IMG/VR virus record: IMGVR_UViG_3300036958_000333
Coordinates: 160,001 to 224,000 of that record
Strand: one strand, 5' to 3'
Origin: a virus
Lineage: Duplodnaviria > Caudoviricetes
DNA: 64,000 nt
Position 1 is the stretch's first letter; every line of letters begins with the position of its first letter. Under the pieces are notes generated by a model that saw only the letters and a list, made by a program, of their open reading frames with translations, was not told where the DNA came from and did not search any database. A program made the position numbers and the translations under genes. Shown here in pieces: positions 1 through 9,744 of the stretch.

Positions 1-75
1 ATACTAAAACTATAATTATCTTTTTTTACAAGATTATAATTATAATCTTGAGATTGTTTGTATTTTATAAGTTTT

Positions 76-1041
76 CTATTTACTTTCATATTTTTGTATT
101 AAATTTTTAAATGCATTAAATATAACATTTTCATTGTTTTTATTCATACATGGTAGTGGAAATTGCTTGTTTTTTTCTTTATAAAAACACGTAGGCCAAT
201 TCCAACAAGGGCACTTCTCAAAATCACTTGATTTATTTCTATGCATTTCCTGAACTAATATTGATTTTTTGTGATATTTTCCTAATATTTCCGAATCAGT
301 CCATGGAAAAACTCCAACCGTTGGTATTTCTAATGCTGCAGATAAATGAAACGTCCCTGTGTCCACTGATATAACATAGTCAAACAAACTTATCATACTA
401 ATAAATTCTTTAATAGATAGACCATATATAGTTAATGAATTTATATTTTTTGATCTTAAACTAGAATCTAAAACACATGGATTGTAGCCTTTACTTTTCA
501 TTAAATTAATAAGTTTTGCAAGAATATCATCTGGTATATCTTTAGAAACAGAAGCAGATTTTGGACATATTGCTATTTTAGGATTAGCAGTATATTTAAA
601 CTTATCTATCATTTGTTTTTTCATTAACTCAACTGTATTAATGTCTGGCTTTATACAAAAATCATGATCTATTAATTTTATACCTAATGATAATTCAGCC
701 CATATATCGCTTCTATGCTTATCTACAAATGGCATTTTTGAAGATTCATATTTTCCACAATCATAAGATATATCACAAACATAACCATATTTATTTAAAT
801 CCATTTCATTTACATCTAATATTTCGTCAATATATGGATTACTATCTACAAGTTCAAAATAATTTTTAGGTATATAATAAGTAATATGTAATTCTGGATA
901 TAATGTTTTTATTGTTTTAAATAAGCACATTTGATTTACAATATCTCCAAGTCCACCGTGTCTTCTTATAATTGCTATTTTATTTCTTTTATTAAGTAAT
1001 GTTTTTAATGAATATTTTTTAGAATCATTTTTATATAACAT
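76..1041 (-). CDS. Glycosyltransferase family 9 (heptosyltransferase-like)
   Basis: N-terminal RRHGGLGD and C-terminal ISVDTGTFHLSAALEIPTVGVF motifs typical of GT9. Confidence 0.85.
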   Translation of the reverse strand: MLYKNDSKKYSLKTLLNKRNKIAIIRRHGGLGDIVNQMCLFKTIKTLYPELHITYYIPKNYFELVDSNPYIDEILDVNEMDLNKYGYVCDISYDCGKYESSKMPFVDKHRSDIWAELSLGIKLIDHDFCIKPDINTVELMKKQMIDKFKYTANPKIAICPKSASVSKDIPDDILAKLINLMKSKGYNPCVLDSSLRSKNINSLTIYGLSIKEFISMISLFDYVISVDTGTFHLSAALEIPTVGVFPWTDSEILGKYHKKSILVQEMHRNKSSDFEKCPCWNWPTCFYKEKNKQFPLPCMNKNNENVIFNAFKNLIQKYESK

Positions 1042-1053
1042 ATTGTAAATAAA

Positions 1054-1082
1054 AATACCTCCTAAATATCATAGGAGGTATT
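1054..1082 (-). terminator. Probable intrinsic terminator after 1108..1653
   Basis: AATACCTCCTA-7nt-TAGGAGGTATT stem followed by TTTTATTT on minus strand. Confidence 0.65.
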
Positions 1083-1107
1083 AAAAAAAATTATCAGATT
1101 TTTATAA

Positions 1108-1653
1108 TTATAATAATCCGGCAACTATTACTTGAACACTAGCAGCACTAGAAGATCCAGAAATAGTATTTGATATAATAATATTATTTAATAACAATTC
1201 GCCATTAGAAAATGTCAATGAAGTACTAGAATCTAAATCTATTCTTGCAGAATCAGATCCATTTAAATAAACATATACATCCTGATCAGATTCTATTGTC
1301 ATAAATAATGCTGGTCCATTAAGATCTTTAAAAAAATCAAGCTTTACACTGTCTCCAGCTCCAATAAGTTCATGATAAACTTTTGGATAATTTGGTATAT
1401 TAGTAAAATTTTCAGAAAACGGTAATCCATCATCTGTAATTAACTCTAATATCGCTTCATCAGCGGCTCTAGATTCTTCTACTCCAGAATCTATTAATCC
1501 TTGATAAGTAAAACGTTTGTAATAGTTAGATCCTGTAAATGTTTCACTTGGATTAATATATTTTATAGCTCCAGCTCCTAACGTTCCATCGCCTTCTCTC
1601 AAAAACCCTTGAACATATAATATTCCACTAGAAATATTTTTAAAAACACTCAT
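1108..1653 (-). CDS. Hypothetical protein, probably virion structural
   Basis: 181 aa, AAGGAG RBS, beta-rich G/S/T composition unlike the K/N/I-rich accessory ORFs. Confidence 0.5.
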   Translation of the reverse strand: MSVFKNISSGILYVQGFLREGDGTLGAGAIKYINPSETFTGSNYYKRFTYQGLIDSGVEESRAADEAILELITDDGLPFSENFTNIPNYPKVYHELIGAGDSVKLDFFKDLNGPALFMTIESDQDVYVYLNGSDSARIDLDSSTSLTFSNGELLLNNIIISNTISGSSSAASVQVIVAGLL

Positions 1654-1739
1654 GTTTAACTCCTTACAGTTAATTTTATATAAATATATATATTATCTAA
1701 AATTAAATATTTAAAAAAAATATTTTATATATAAATTAT

Positions 1740-1958
1740 ATGAAATATAAAGATTGTAAAATTAATCAATTAAGAAAAATACTTTATAATAGTTGTGAAA
1801 AATATTCGATGTATTATGAAAAAGACAGGGATGAGTTTTTAAAGATTTATAATAAAATAACAAGAATGAATAGAGAGAAAATACTTTTAGAATTAAATGT
1901 AAAAGAAAATGACGAGTTAAATGAAAAAACATATAATATTATAAAAAATATTATATAA
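1740..1958 (+). CDS. Hypothetical protein
   Basis: 72 aa ORF filling the gap, followed by terminator. Confidence 0.55.
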   Translation: MKYKDCKINQLRKILYNSCEKYSMYYEKDRDEFLKIYNKITRMNREKILLELNVKENDELNEKTYNIIKNII

Positions 1959-1966
1959 AAAAATAA

Positions 1967-2006
1967 AAAAGGCATAATAAATTATATTTTTTTTATTATG
2001 CCTTTT
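1967..2006. terminator. Bidirectional terminator between convergent genes
   Basis: AAAAGGCATAATAAA ... TTTATTATGCCTTTT inverted repeat. Confidence 0.7.
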
Positions 2007-2012
2007 AATTTA

Positions 2013-2648
2013 TTAACTATTAGGACATTTCTTGCAAGAAGTAGAATTTGAATCATTATTATTACAATTTGTTGTACTATTACTGGATCCAACATAACAA
2101 TCTTTTTTATCATTACAACTTCCATCTTCACAAGAATCATTAGATTCTTTAGATTCTTTTTGTTTATTTGAAGAAAAAGCTTCTTTTATACTTTTAGATA
2201 TATCAGAAAGATTGTCTTTCCAAGCTTTTTGTCCTTCTTCGTCATTAACATCAGAATTAATATTTTTTATTAATTTTACAAGACCTGTTATTACTGGTAT
2301 TAATGCTGGAATAGATGGTGTTCCACCAGCAGCAGCGGCTCCGGCCGTTACAACTAACGTAGCTATTCCAGAAATAATTGCCCTATTAGCAGCTTTTACT
2401 TTTTCTATTTCTTTTTTATGAGCAATTATATCGGAATCTATTCTAGAATCATCAACTGTTGGTTTAGAAACCGTTACGGGAATAGATACATCTATTCCTT
2501 TTTTAAGATCATCTATGGAACTATCAATTTCTTCATTTTTTATAATATTTTTAGCTAAAATTTCTATTCTTTTTGAATAATCTTCTTGAGATTCTCCGGG
2601 TTTTAATCCATCTAATATAGCATCAATAAATTTTTTTTCTTTGTCCAT
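2013..2648 (-). CDS. Hypothetical membrane-associated protein with Cys-rich tail
   Basis: Central hydrophobic stretch AIISGIATLVVTAGAAAAGG..ALIPVITGLV; six Cys in last 40 aa; AAGGAG RBS. Confidence 0.6.
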   Translation of the reverse strand: MDKEKKFIDAILDGLKPGESQEDYSKRIEILAKNIIKNEEIDSSIDDLKKGIDVSIPVTVSKPTVDDSRIDSDIIAHKKEIEKVKAANRAIISGIATLVVTAGAAAAGGTPSIPALIPVITGLVKLIKNINSDVNDEEGQKAWKDNLSDISKSIKEAFSSNKQKESKESNDSCEDGSCNDKKDCYVGSSNSTTNCNNNDSNSTSCKKCPNS

Positions 2649-2660
2649 TTAAATCTCCTT

Positions 2661-3188
2661 TTATTTAGAATTCTGATAATATTTGCTAATTACATCCGTC
2701 AATGATTTTTCTATTTCTTCAGGTATTCCAGAAGCAAAAAAATCTTTTAACAATTGATCTTTTACTGATGCTTCTTCTGTAGCCATACTATTTATAACTT
2801 CTACTGCTCTAGCACCAGCATCTATTTTTTGTGATATAACAATTAATCTAGAAATTTCCGTTTCACTATCTTCTTTTATTTTTTGAATACCAATTATATA
2901 ATTTTGTCCAGCCAAAGCTGATTTTTCAGATATTTCTTTCTGATCTCCAATATATTGTTCCTGAATATCAGACAATACCTTGTCATATTTTTGTTTTAAT
3001 TGAATACATGCTTTTTCTGTTTTTTCAGTAACAATATAATTTATTAAATTAGAAACTTCTTTTGATGCTTCAATTAATTGGGTTTTAGTATCTGTTGCGA
3101 GTTTTGTTCTTATTTCAATAGCTTTTTTACTCGTAGCACATGAACTAAAAGTTATTGATAAAGCAAGAAAAATAATTAATTTTTTCAC
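2661..3188 (-). CDS. Putative lipoprotein, helical/coiled-coil
   Basis: GTG start after AAGGAGG; MKKLIIFLALSITFSS|C signal peptide with lipobox-like Cys. Confidence 0.7.
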   Translation of the reverse strand: MKKLIIFLALSITFSSCATSKKAIEIRTKLATDTKTQLIEASKEVSNLINYIVTEKTEKACIQLKQKYDKVLSDIQEQYIGDQKEISEKSALAGQNYIIGIQKIKEDSETEISRLIVISQKIDAGARAVEVINSMATEEASVKDQLLKDFFASGIPEEIEKSLTDVISKYYQNSK

Positions 3189-3250
3189 ATTATCCTCCTT
3201 ATATAAATTAAATTTATATATTATATTATAGAAAATTTATATAAATAAAT

Positions 3251-4011
3251 TTATTTTACTAAATTATTTTGTAAAAAATTTATAATCTTATGAGGAGTAT
3301 TTTTGTCTTTTATATCAAATTCCAATGAACCAGTATTTTTAGATCCAATTGAAGGTATTAATTTTATTAAAGTTTGATTTTTTCCATTTTTTTTGCAAAC
3401 ATCAAATTTTATATCATAACCTATTTTTTTTAATGCTTCAATAATATTTTCTTTTCCAGTAAGGTTAGAATTATCAATTTTATATAAATGATTTTGTATC
3501 CTTTGAAGGACTTTAATTAAATTATTATTAAATTGTTTGTTTTCTTCTAATATAAAAGATTCTTTAATATCATTTTTGTTTATTGTTTTTTTTTATTATT
3601 TTTTTCTTTTTTATCTTTTTTATTATCTTTATTGTCTTTCAAAAATGATTTTAATCTTCCATCATAAATAGATAATTTAGCAAGATCAGTTCCAGATGTT
3701 GTAAACAAATAACCAACAGGATATTGTATTGTTTGCCATCCATTTGCTCTAGCAGATTCTTCTAATGCTCTTGTAAGATCTTCTTGATTTAGTTTAAATT
3801 TAGCGCCATCATTATCTTCTATTGTAATAATTCCAGATTCTTCATTATTATCAATAACTTTATAAATTTTTCTTCCAGGTATTTCTGCAAATATTGAATT
3901 TTCATTTTCGCTTTTTATACCTATAAATGATTCTGGAAAATAAAATTCTGATTCATTAATTAATAAATTACTTATTTTCCATCTAATAAATGAATTCATC
4001 TTTTTTTTCAT
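3251..4011 (-). CDS. Hypothetical protein split by a frameshift at an A9 run (143 aa ORF 3580..4011 plus 111 further codons in the -1 frame)
   Basis: Manual translation: -1 frame opens at the A9 run (3586-3594) and runs TINKNDIKESFILEE...NFLQNNLVK to TAA at 3251-3253. Confidence 0.55.
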
Positions 4012-4100
4012 AAATTACCTCTTATTATATTAATATAACATTTAATAATATATATAAATATTTTAAATAATTTTAAAATTATTTGTTTAAAATTATAATA

Positions 4101-4292
4101 TTATTCTAATGAACTAGAATCAGAAATAGACCCAGAAATAGTTGGGAAATATGCATCTCCTGATCCATAGCTAAAACTTTTTAAATCATTAGATTTATAT
4201 TTTGAATAATAATTTCTACAAAAACAATATGGATAATATTTTCTTTTTTTTCTTTTTTTAGATTTAGTTATTATATATTTTTTAAATTTCAT
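4101..4292 (-). CDS. Small basic hypothetical protein
   Basis: Likely start MKFKKYII at 4292. Confidence 0.45.
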   Translation of the reverse strand: MKFKKYIITKSKKRKKRKYYPYCFCRNYYSKYKSNDLKSFSYGSGDAYFPTISGSISDSSSLE

Positions 4293-4311
4293 ACTATTAT
4301 ATATTAACAAT

Positions 4312-5781
4312 ATGATTAAAAAATGGATATTAAATAATTTATTTATAAATAATAAATTAAATAAAATTAGATTAAGAAAAGAATATGTTTTAAGTAATAA
4401 AAATTATTTTGATATTATTTATAATAAAACATCATTTTTAGATAATAATTCTTCAATGTCAGAAAGATTATATTGTATTTTAAATAATATAAAATCAAAA
4501 ACGACATGTAAAAATATTAATTGCAATAATAAAGTTAATTATATTAATTTTTACTTAGGATATCATAGATTTTGTTCTACAAGATGTGCATCTAATGATT
4601 TTGATGTTAAACAAAAAGTAATTAAAACATGTAATGAAAAATATGGAAAAAATCATCCTCAATTAAATGATAAAATAAGACAAAAATCTATAAACACTAT
4701 TATTAAAAAATATAAACAAAATAGTTTTTCAAAAACAAAATTATTTAAACAAAAAATGAGAGATAATTGTATTAAAAAATATGGAAAAGATAATTATATG
4801 CATGTAAATCACATAAAAAACAAATTAAAACAAACTAATTTAATTAGATATGGTCATGAAGTTGCTTCTAAAAATATAGAAATAAGAAAAAATATATTAA
4901 AAAGAAGAGTTGATATACCAGAAAATAAATTAGATTTATTGTTTAATAAAAAATGGCTTGAGTATAATCATATTGTTTTAAATAAATCATGTAATGAAAT
5001 ATCAAAAGAAATAGGTATAGATGTAAAAACAATTTATTATAAATTTAAATATTTCAACATTCCAATAAATAAAAATCATAAAAGTAAATATGAAAAAGAA
5101 ATAATAGATTTTTTAAAATCAGAAAATTTAATAAAAAATTCTAGAAATATAATACCACCATATGAACTAGATATTTACTTACCAGATTATAAATTAGCTA
5201 TAGAATTTAATGGATTATATTGGCATTCTAAATTTGATAAAAACTATCATATAAATAAAACAAATTTATGCGAACATAAAGGAATTAAATTATTACATAT
5301 ATTTGAAAATGAATGGATTGATAAATCAAATATATGGAAATCCATTATTAATAATAATTTAAATAAAAATAAACTCATATTAAAACATACTATAAAAAAA
5401 ATATCTGACATTAATATTATAAAAAATTTTATAAATAATAATTCAATATTAGATGTAAAATTAAAAGGTTTATATTTTGGAGTTTATTATTTAAATGATT
5501 TAATAGGAATAGCTATAATAAATAAAAATAATATTAATATTTTTAATAAAATAAATATTGATTTTAATAGAAATAATATAATATATAAAATAATGAATCA
5601 ATATAATATAGATAAATTATATTTAAATCTAAATAGAAGAATATTTTCTAAAATAAACATAAAAAAAGAATATTCATTAACAAAACCTCATAAAATATGT
5701 TTTAATAAAAATAATAAAAATATGATTGAAATATGGGATTGTGGAAATATAATCGTAGAATATAATGAAAATACCGTCTAA
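4312..5781 (+). CDS. Free-standing homing-type endonuclease (Hef/Vsr-like), copy 1
   Basis: CxxxxC..FCSxxC zinc motif, KKYG repeats, HTH, PPYELDIYLPDYKLAIEFNGLYWHS nuclease motif, WDCGN C-terminus. Confidence 0.75.
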   Translation: MIKKWILNNLFINNKLNKIRLRKEYVLSNKNYFDIIYNKTSFLDNNSSMSERLYCILNNIKSKTTCKNINCNNKVNYINFYLGYHRFCSTRCASNDFDVKQKVIKTCNEKYGKNHPQLNDKIRQKSINTIIKKYKQNSFSKTKLFKQKMRDNCIKKYGKDNYMHVNHIKNKLKQTNLIRYGHEVASKNIEIRKNILKRRVDIPENKLDLLFNKKWLEYNHIVLNKSCNEISKEIGIDVKTIYYKFKYFNIPINKNHKSKYEKEIIDFLKSENLIKNSRNIIPPYELDIYLPDYKLAIEFNGLYWHSKFDKNYHINKTNLCEHKGIKLLHIFENEWIDKSNIWKSIINNNLNKNKLILKHTIKKISDINIIKNFINNNSILDVKLKGLYFGVYYLNDLIGIAIINKNNINIFNKINIDFNRNNIIYKIMNQYNIDKLYLNLNRRIFSKINIKKEYSLTKPHKICFNKNNKNMIEIWDCGNIIVEYNENTV

Positions 5782-5799
5782 AAATAGACGGTATTTTCA
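5766..5799. terminator. Bidirectional terminator
   Basis: 15-bp perfect stem TGAAAATACCGTCTA-AAAA-TAGACGGTATTTTCA between convergent genes. Confidence 0.75.
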
Positions 5800-5817
5800 A
5801 AAATATAAATAATGAAA

Positions 5818-6015
5818 TTACTTTACTTTATATATTTTTTCAACTATAACGTCACCCTTGTTCTCTAAAGCAGTTATCTGATCACTAAATTTCTCTTCAG
5901 GTATATCAAGAGTAGACTTCCATGGCAAAGTAATAACATGTGTTCCACCGCCATCTCTTGTTCTTAAAGCTAATTGAATAGGACCGCGTCTTTTATTAGT
6001 TACTCGATAAATCAT
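5818..6015 (-). CDS. Small hypothetical protein, probably structural
   Basis: 65 aa, AGGAG RBS, directly after gp15-like gene. Confidence 0.6.
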   Translation of the reverse strand: MIYRVTNKRRGPIQLALRTRDGGGTHVITLPWKSTLDIPEEKFSDQITALENKGDVIVEKIYKVK

Positions 6016-6033
6016 TTTTACTCTCCTGTATAA

Positions 6034-6843
6034 TTATTTGTCATTAGGAGTTTCTCCTTCTTTTACTTCTTGTGTCTGTTCGTCAATAGTATCACTAGGC
6101 ATTAAATCTCCTAATATAACATATTTTTTAGTAATTTGTAAAACCGACTTGTCTCTACGAATTGGTTGAGTTATATGCCCTTCTGCTACAATAGAAAAAG
6201 AATATTTTAATATTCTAACTTGGCTATCCTCTACTTCCATGTTAATGTTATTCGTAGAACCAGTAAGTTTTACAGGAGTTTCCCAAGGAATCCCCTCTAT
6301 AGTTATATATGAAACTAAAGAAAATTTTTGCATTACTTGTTCAACCATTTGCATTAAATGTTCATAATATTTTGACCATAAATTTAATGTATAATTAAAA
6401 TTAACCGGAATACCTTTGGCAAATCTATAAACTACGTCAAAGTTTCTTTTTTCATTACCGTAAGCTCTTTGAATATCAGCTTTATGATATATATAACGAT
6501 TTTCATCTAATGATATATCCCCAGGGTTTAATGCCATGACAGGCAATATAATTCTATCAACCAATCCAGCTTCTTGTCTATCTGGATTTTTAACAAATTG
6601 TTCTCCAAAAACATAAATAGCGGCTCTTTCATGAGAACCAAAAATTATAGGAACAGGATATATTATATCATTGTCTATAATAGTTGTATCAGAAAATAAA
6701 TCCATCATTGCTTTATTTGTATTTCTTATACATTTAGAATACCCATAAATATAATGTCTAGATACATTAGATTTAGGAGTATATATTCTAGGTTTTTGTA
6801 TTTCTGGATTATTTGCAAATGATTTATCTGTTATGTTTGCCAA
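6034..6843 (-). CDS. Tail terminator / sheath stabilizer, T4 gp15-like
   Basis: VPIIFGSHER, ILPVMAL, PVNFNYTLNLWSK...QMVEQV pattern recalled from gp15 family; structural context. Confidence 0.7.
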   Translation of the reverse strand: MANITDKSFANNPEIQKPRIYTPKSNVSRHYIYGYSKCIRNTNKAMMDLFSDTTIIDNDIIYPVPIIFGSHERAAIYVFGEQFVKNPDRQEAGLVDRIILPVMALNPGDISLDENRYIYHKADIQRAYGNEKRNFDVVYRFAKGIPVNFNYTLNLWSKYYEHLMQMVEQVMQKFSLVSYITIEGIPWETPVKLTGSTNNINMEVEDSQVRILKYSFSIVAEGHITQPIRRDKSVLQITKKYVILGDLMPSDTIDEQTQEVKEGETPNDK

Positions 6844-6872
6844 TTTATATTTATCCTTTTTATATTACAAAA

Positions 6873-7232
6873 TCAATTAATACCGTCAATTAATTGTATT
6901 AATTGAGATATTATTGGTAATTTACTTAAATTAGGATCAGTTTTTAGCTTAGAAGCAATTTGTTTAACTTTTTCTACATTTGGATTGGTTTGTTGTTGTG
7001 TTTTAACAGGAATATTTATTGCCCCTTGTTTGTTAGAAATATTCTGGTTTTGGGTTTGCTGAAGGGTGTTTGGATTTTGATTTTGAATATTTCCATTTTG
7101 GTTTTGGTTTTGATTATTATTAATAAATTGTTGTTCTAAAAACTTATCATATTTATCTATATATGACTTTAAATCATTATCCATAGTAAAAGATTCTTTT
7201 AAATCAATCATTTTTTTTCTCCTTAATAACAA
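6873..7232 (-). CDS. Q/N-rich hypothetical protein
   Basis: 119 aa with NQNQNQ low-complexity centre. Confidence 0.55.
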   Translation of the reverse strand: MLLRRKKMIDLKESFTMDNDLKSYIDKYDKFLEQQFINNNQNQNQNGNIQNQNPNTLQQTQNQNISNKQGAINIPVKTQQQTNPNVEKVKQIASKLKTDPNLSKLPIISQLIQLIDGIN

Positions 7233-7249
7233 TATAATATTATATATTA

Positions 7250-7531
7250 TTATTTTTTTAATAATTCCAATATTTCTTCACTCGGGTTATCAATATATTC
7301 AATAGCGTCTTTATTTTGCAATACTGCTATTTTTTGAACTTCTATTGGACATCTTGGTAAAAACTGCAAAACTAAACCATTTAAACTTGCTGCTAATTTT
7401 TGTAATTCAATAGAAGGATAAGTCAAATATCTTATATTATATGGATCTTGTTTTATTAGTTGTTCTTTATCTTTTTCTTTTAATTCGTCGTATTCTCTCA
7501 TTTCATTTATATATTGATTAAAACTTTTCAT
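7250..7531 (-). CDS. Short helical-repeat protein (DUF4116-like) with capsid-targeting-like N-terminus
   Basis: Repeats of PSIELQKLAA / PIEVQKIAV / AIEYIDNPSEE; starts MKSFNQYINE. Confidence 0.6.
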   Translation of the reverse strand: MKSFNQYINEMREYDELKEKDKEQLIKQDPYNIRYLTYPSIELQKLAASLNGLVLQFLPRCPIEVQKIAVLQNKDAIEYIDNPSEEILELLKK

Positions 7532-7542
7532 TATTATCTCCT

Positions 7543-8277
7543 TTAATCTATATATTTTATTCCTTTCCAGTTTTCTCCTTTTTTTCCATGATATATATGT
7601 AACGGTACATTATCAAAATATATTATTTTTTCATATAAACCTAATGACTTTAATTGTCCATATATTTTATAATCTATTACATCATATCCTACATGTGATT
7701 TAATTGAATCTAATTTAATTGTATCTATTTTATTTAAATAATCTGATTTAAATGTTAAAAACCATCCCATAAAAGGTGATGGATATAATACTTCTCTTTT
7801 TATATTTTCCCACACCCAATATTTATTATTTTTATTATTATTATATAATTTAAAAAATAGATCTATATCATCTTTAGAAATATCTTCTCTATATGACGAT
7901 ATTAATAATTTTTCACTTTCAATAAAATTACATGATGTTTTTAATAAAATATCAGGAGGAAATATAATATCGGCATCAGTTAAAAACAAAAACTGGTTTA
8001 ATCCTATTTTTTTTATTATATTATAACAATAATTTATCATTAATCCTTTATTATTATAATCATTACCAGAATAAGGTATTAAACAGATATTAAAAAATCC
8101 ATTATTAATATAATTATATACTACTCGAGCGGTTTCGTAATCTTTATTACTACTTATTATAATTATTCTGTATAATTCTTTATTATATAACACATTGTTC
8201 CAATAAAATAAAGATGCATTTAAATAATTAGAATAATAATTGCAAACAATTAATATATCAAAAGTTTTGTATTTCAT
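7543..8277 (-). CDS. Glycosyltransferase, GT2/GT-A fold
   Basis: NKGLMIN, FLTDADIIF (DxD), HIYH. Confidence 0.7.
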   Translation of the reverse strand: MKYKTFDILIVCNYYSNYLNASLFYWNNVLYNKELYRIIIISSNKDYETARVVYNYINNGFFNICLIPYSGNDYNNKGLMINYCYNIIKKIGLNQFLFLTDADIIFPPDILLKTSCNFIESEKLLISSYREDISKDDIDLFFKLYNNNKNNKYWVWENIKREVLYPSPFMGWFLTFKSDYLNKIDTIKLDSIKSHVGYDVIDYKIYGQLKSLGLYEKIIYFDNVPLHIYHGKKGENWKGIKYID

Positions 8278-9256
8278 TTATTATATTTCTCACAGTTTTT
8301 TCCCAAGATATTAAATTCGGATAATTTTCAATAAAATCATTTCTTATATTAAACGGAGTATTTTTACTATAATTATTTAAAACATTATTTATTTTATTAA
8401 CAATATTATTCGTGTTCCATAATATAATATTATTAGATTTTAAATAAAAACTTGGAATTTTAGCATCTTCATGTAAAAATATATAATTTCCAGCATATTG
8501 ATTTTCTAATATTGGATATCCAAAACTTTCATTCATACATATAAATATTTTTGATTTATTATATACTTTACATATTCTTCTATAATGAGAAGTTGGACCA
8601 TATAGATTTCCACATTTTTCAAAAACAAATGGGTAATTACCAAATTGTATAAATTGAACGTTACATTTTTTTAATATATCACTATATGCTTTTTTTAAAT
8701 TATAATATATAGGTTCATCCCAATTTATTTTACAAAAATCAACAATTATTCCATTATAATCTGATTTTTCTGGATATATCCAATCAAATTGACCACATCC
8801 TATTTCTATCTCTTTATTATTAATATATTTCTTTTTAATTACAAAAAATTTATCTATTGAGTTAAAATTATTTAATTCTTCTTGATTATTAGATAAAAAC
8901 TTATATTCATTATTAGTTATTTCAAAATCTTTTTTATCATCAAATGGAGCAAATCCAGAATATGAAATTATTTTAGCATTTGTTTTAGATTTAATATCAA
9001 ATAAATTACATTTTGATATTCTTTTTCCTATCCATATAGGGAATATTATAAAATCAAATCCTTTTAATTTTTTTGGATCTATATATAATCTTTCAGGTTC
9101 GTGGATATCTAATCTTACAAAAATTATTTGTATATCTTTAAAAAAATCTATATTTTTAATTGATATATTTCTTATTCCGTTTTTAATTCCTTCTATTAAA
9201 AAAGAAGGGGCATTATTCCATTGTTTTCTTACACATAATACTGCTATTTTTATCAT
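8258..9256 (-). CDS. Glycosyltransferase, GT-B (GT4-like)
   Basis: ESFGYPILE motif near C-terminus. Confidence 0.65.
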   Translation of the reverse strand: MIKIAVLCVRKQWNNAPSFLIEGIKNGIRNISIKNIDFFKDIQIIFVRLDIHEPERLYIDPKKLKGFDFIIFPIWIGKRISKCNLFDIKSKTNAKIISYSGFAPFDDKKDFEITNNEYKFLSNNQEELNNFNSIDKFFVIKKKYINNKEIEIGCGQFDWIYPEKSDYNGIIVDFCKINWDEPIYYNLKKAYSDILKKCNVQFIQFGNYPFVFEKCGNLYGPTSHYRRICKVYNKSKIFICMNESFGYPILENQYAGNYIFLHEDAKIPSFYLKSNNIILWNTNNIVNKINNVLNNYSKNTPFNIRNDFIENYPNLISWEKTVRNIINEIQNF

Positions 9257-9744
9257 TTTTCGTTTCTTAAATCAAAAATTTCATTATTAAAAATATCATT
9301 GTTTTTTATTAATTCAGAAATTATAATATCATATTTTTTCATAATTTCAATAAATTCATCATATAATAATTTGTCACATGACTTAAATGTAATTGAAAAT
9401 CTTTTTAATATACTTTCTAAAGATTTTTTCTCGTTTATTAATTCAGATATTAAATATAATATTCTTTTTTCTCTAATTAAATTTTTATAATTTTTTTTAT
9501 TATTTAAATTCATTTTTTTTATTTTATTTTTTCTATTTTCAACTATTTCGATATATGGTCCGATTTCTGAATTGTATTCTGAATTATTAAATGTACAAAT
9601 AAATTCAGGACTTTCTATTATTATTTTTAATAATTCTATCTTATTAATGTTTAATTTTTCTGAAATATATTGTAAACTTTTATATTCTGTTTTTTCAGAT
9701 ATAACTATTTCTTTTATTTGTTTTATAATTTGTTTATTGTTCAT
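9253..9744 (-). CDS. Hypothetical protein
   Basis: 163 aa overlapping both neighbours in an operon. Confidence 0.5.
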   Translation of the reverse strand: MNNKQIIKQIKEIVISEKTEYKSLQYISEKLNINKIELLKIIIESPEFICTFNNSEYNSEIGPYIEIVENRKNKIKKMNLNNKKNYKNLIREKRILYLISELINEKKSLESILKRFSITFKSCDKLLYDEFIEIMKKYDIIISELIKNNDIFNNEIFDLRNEK

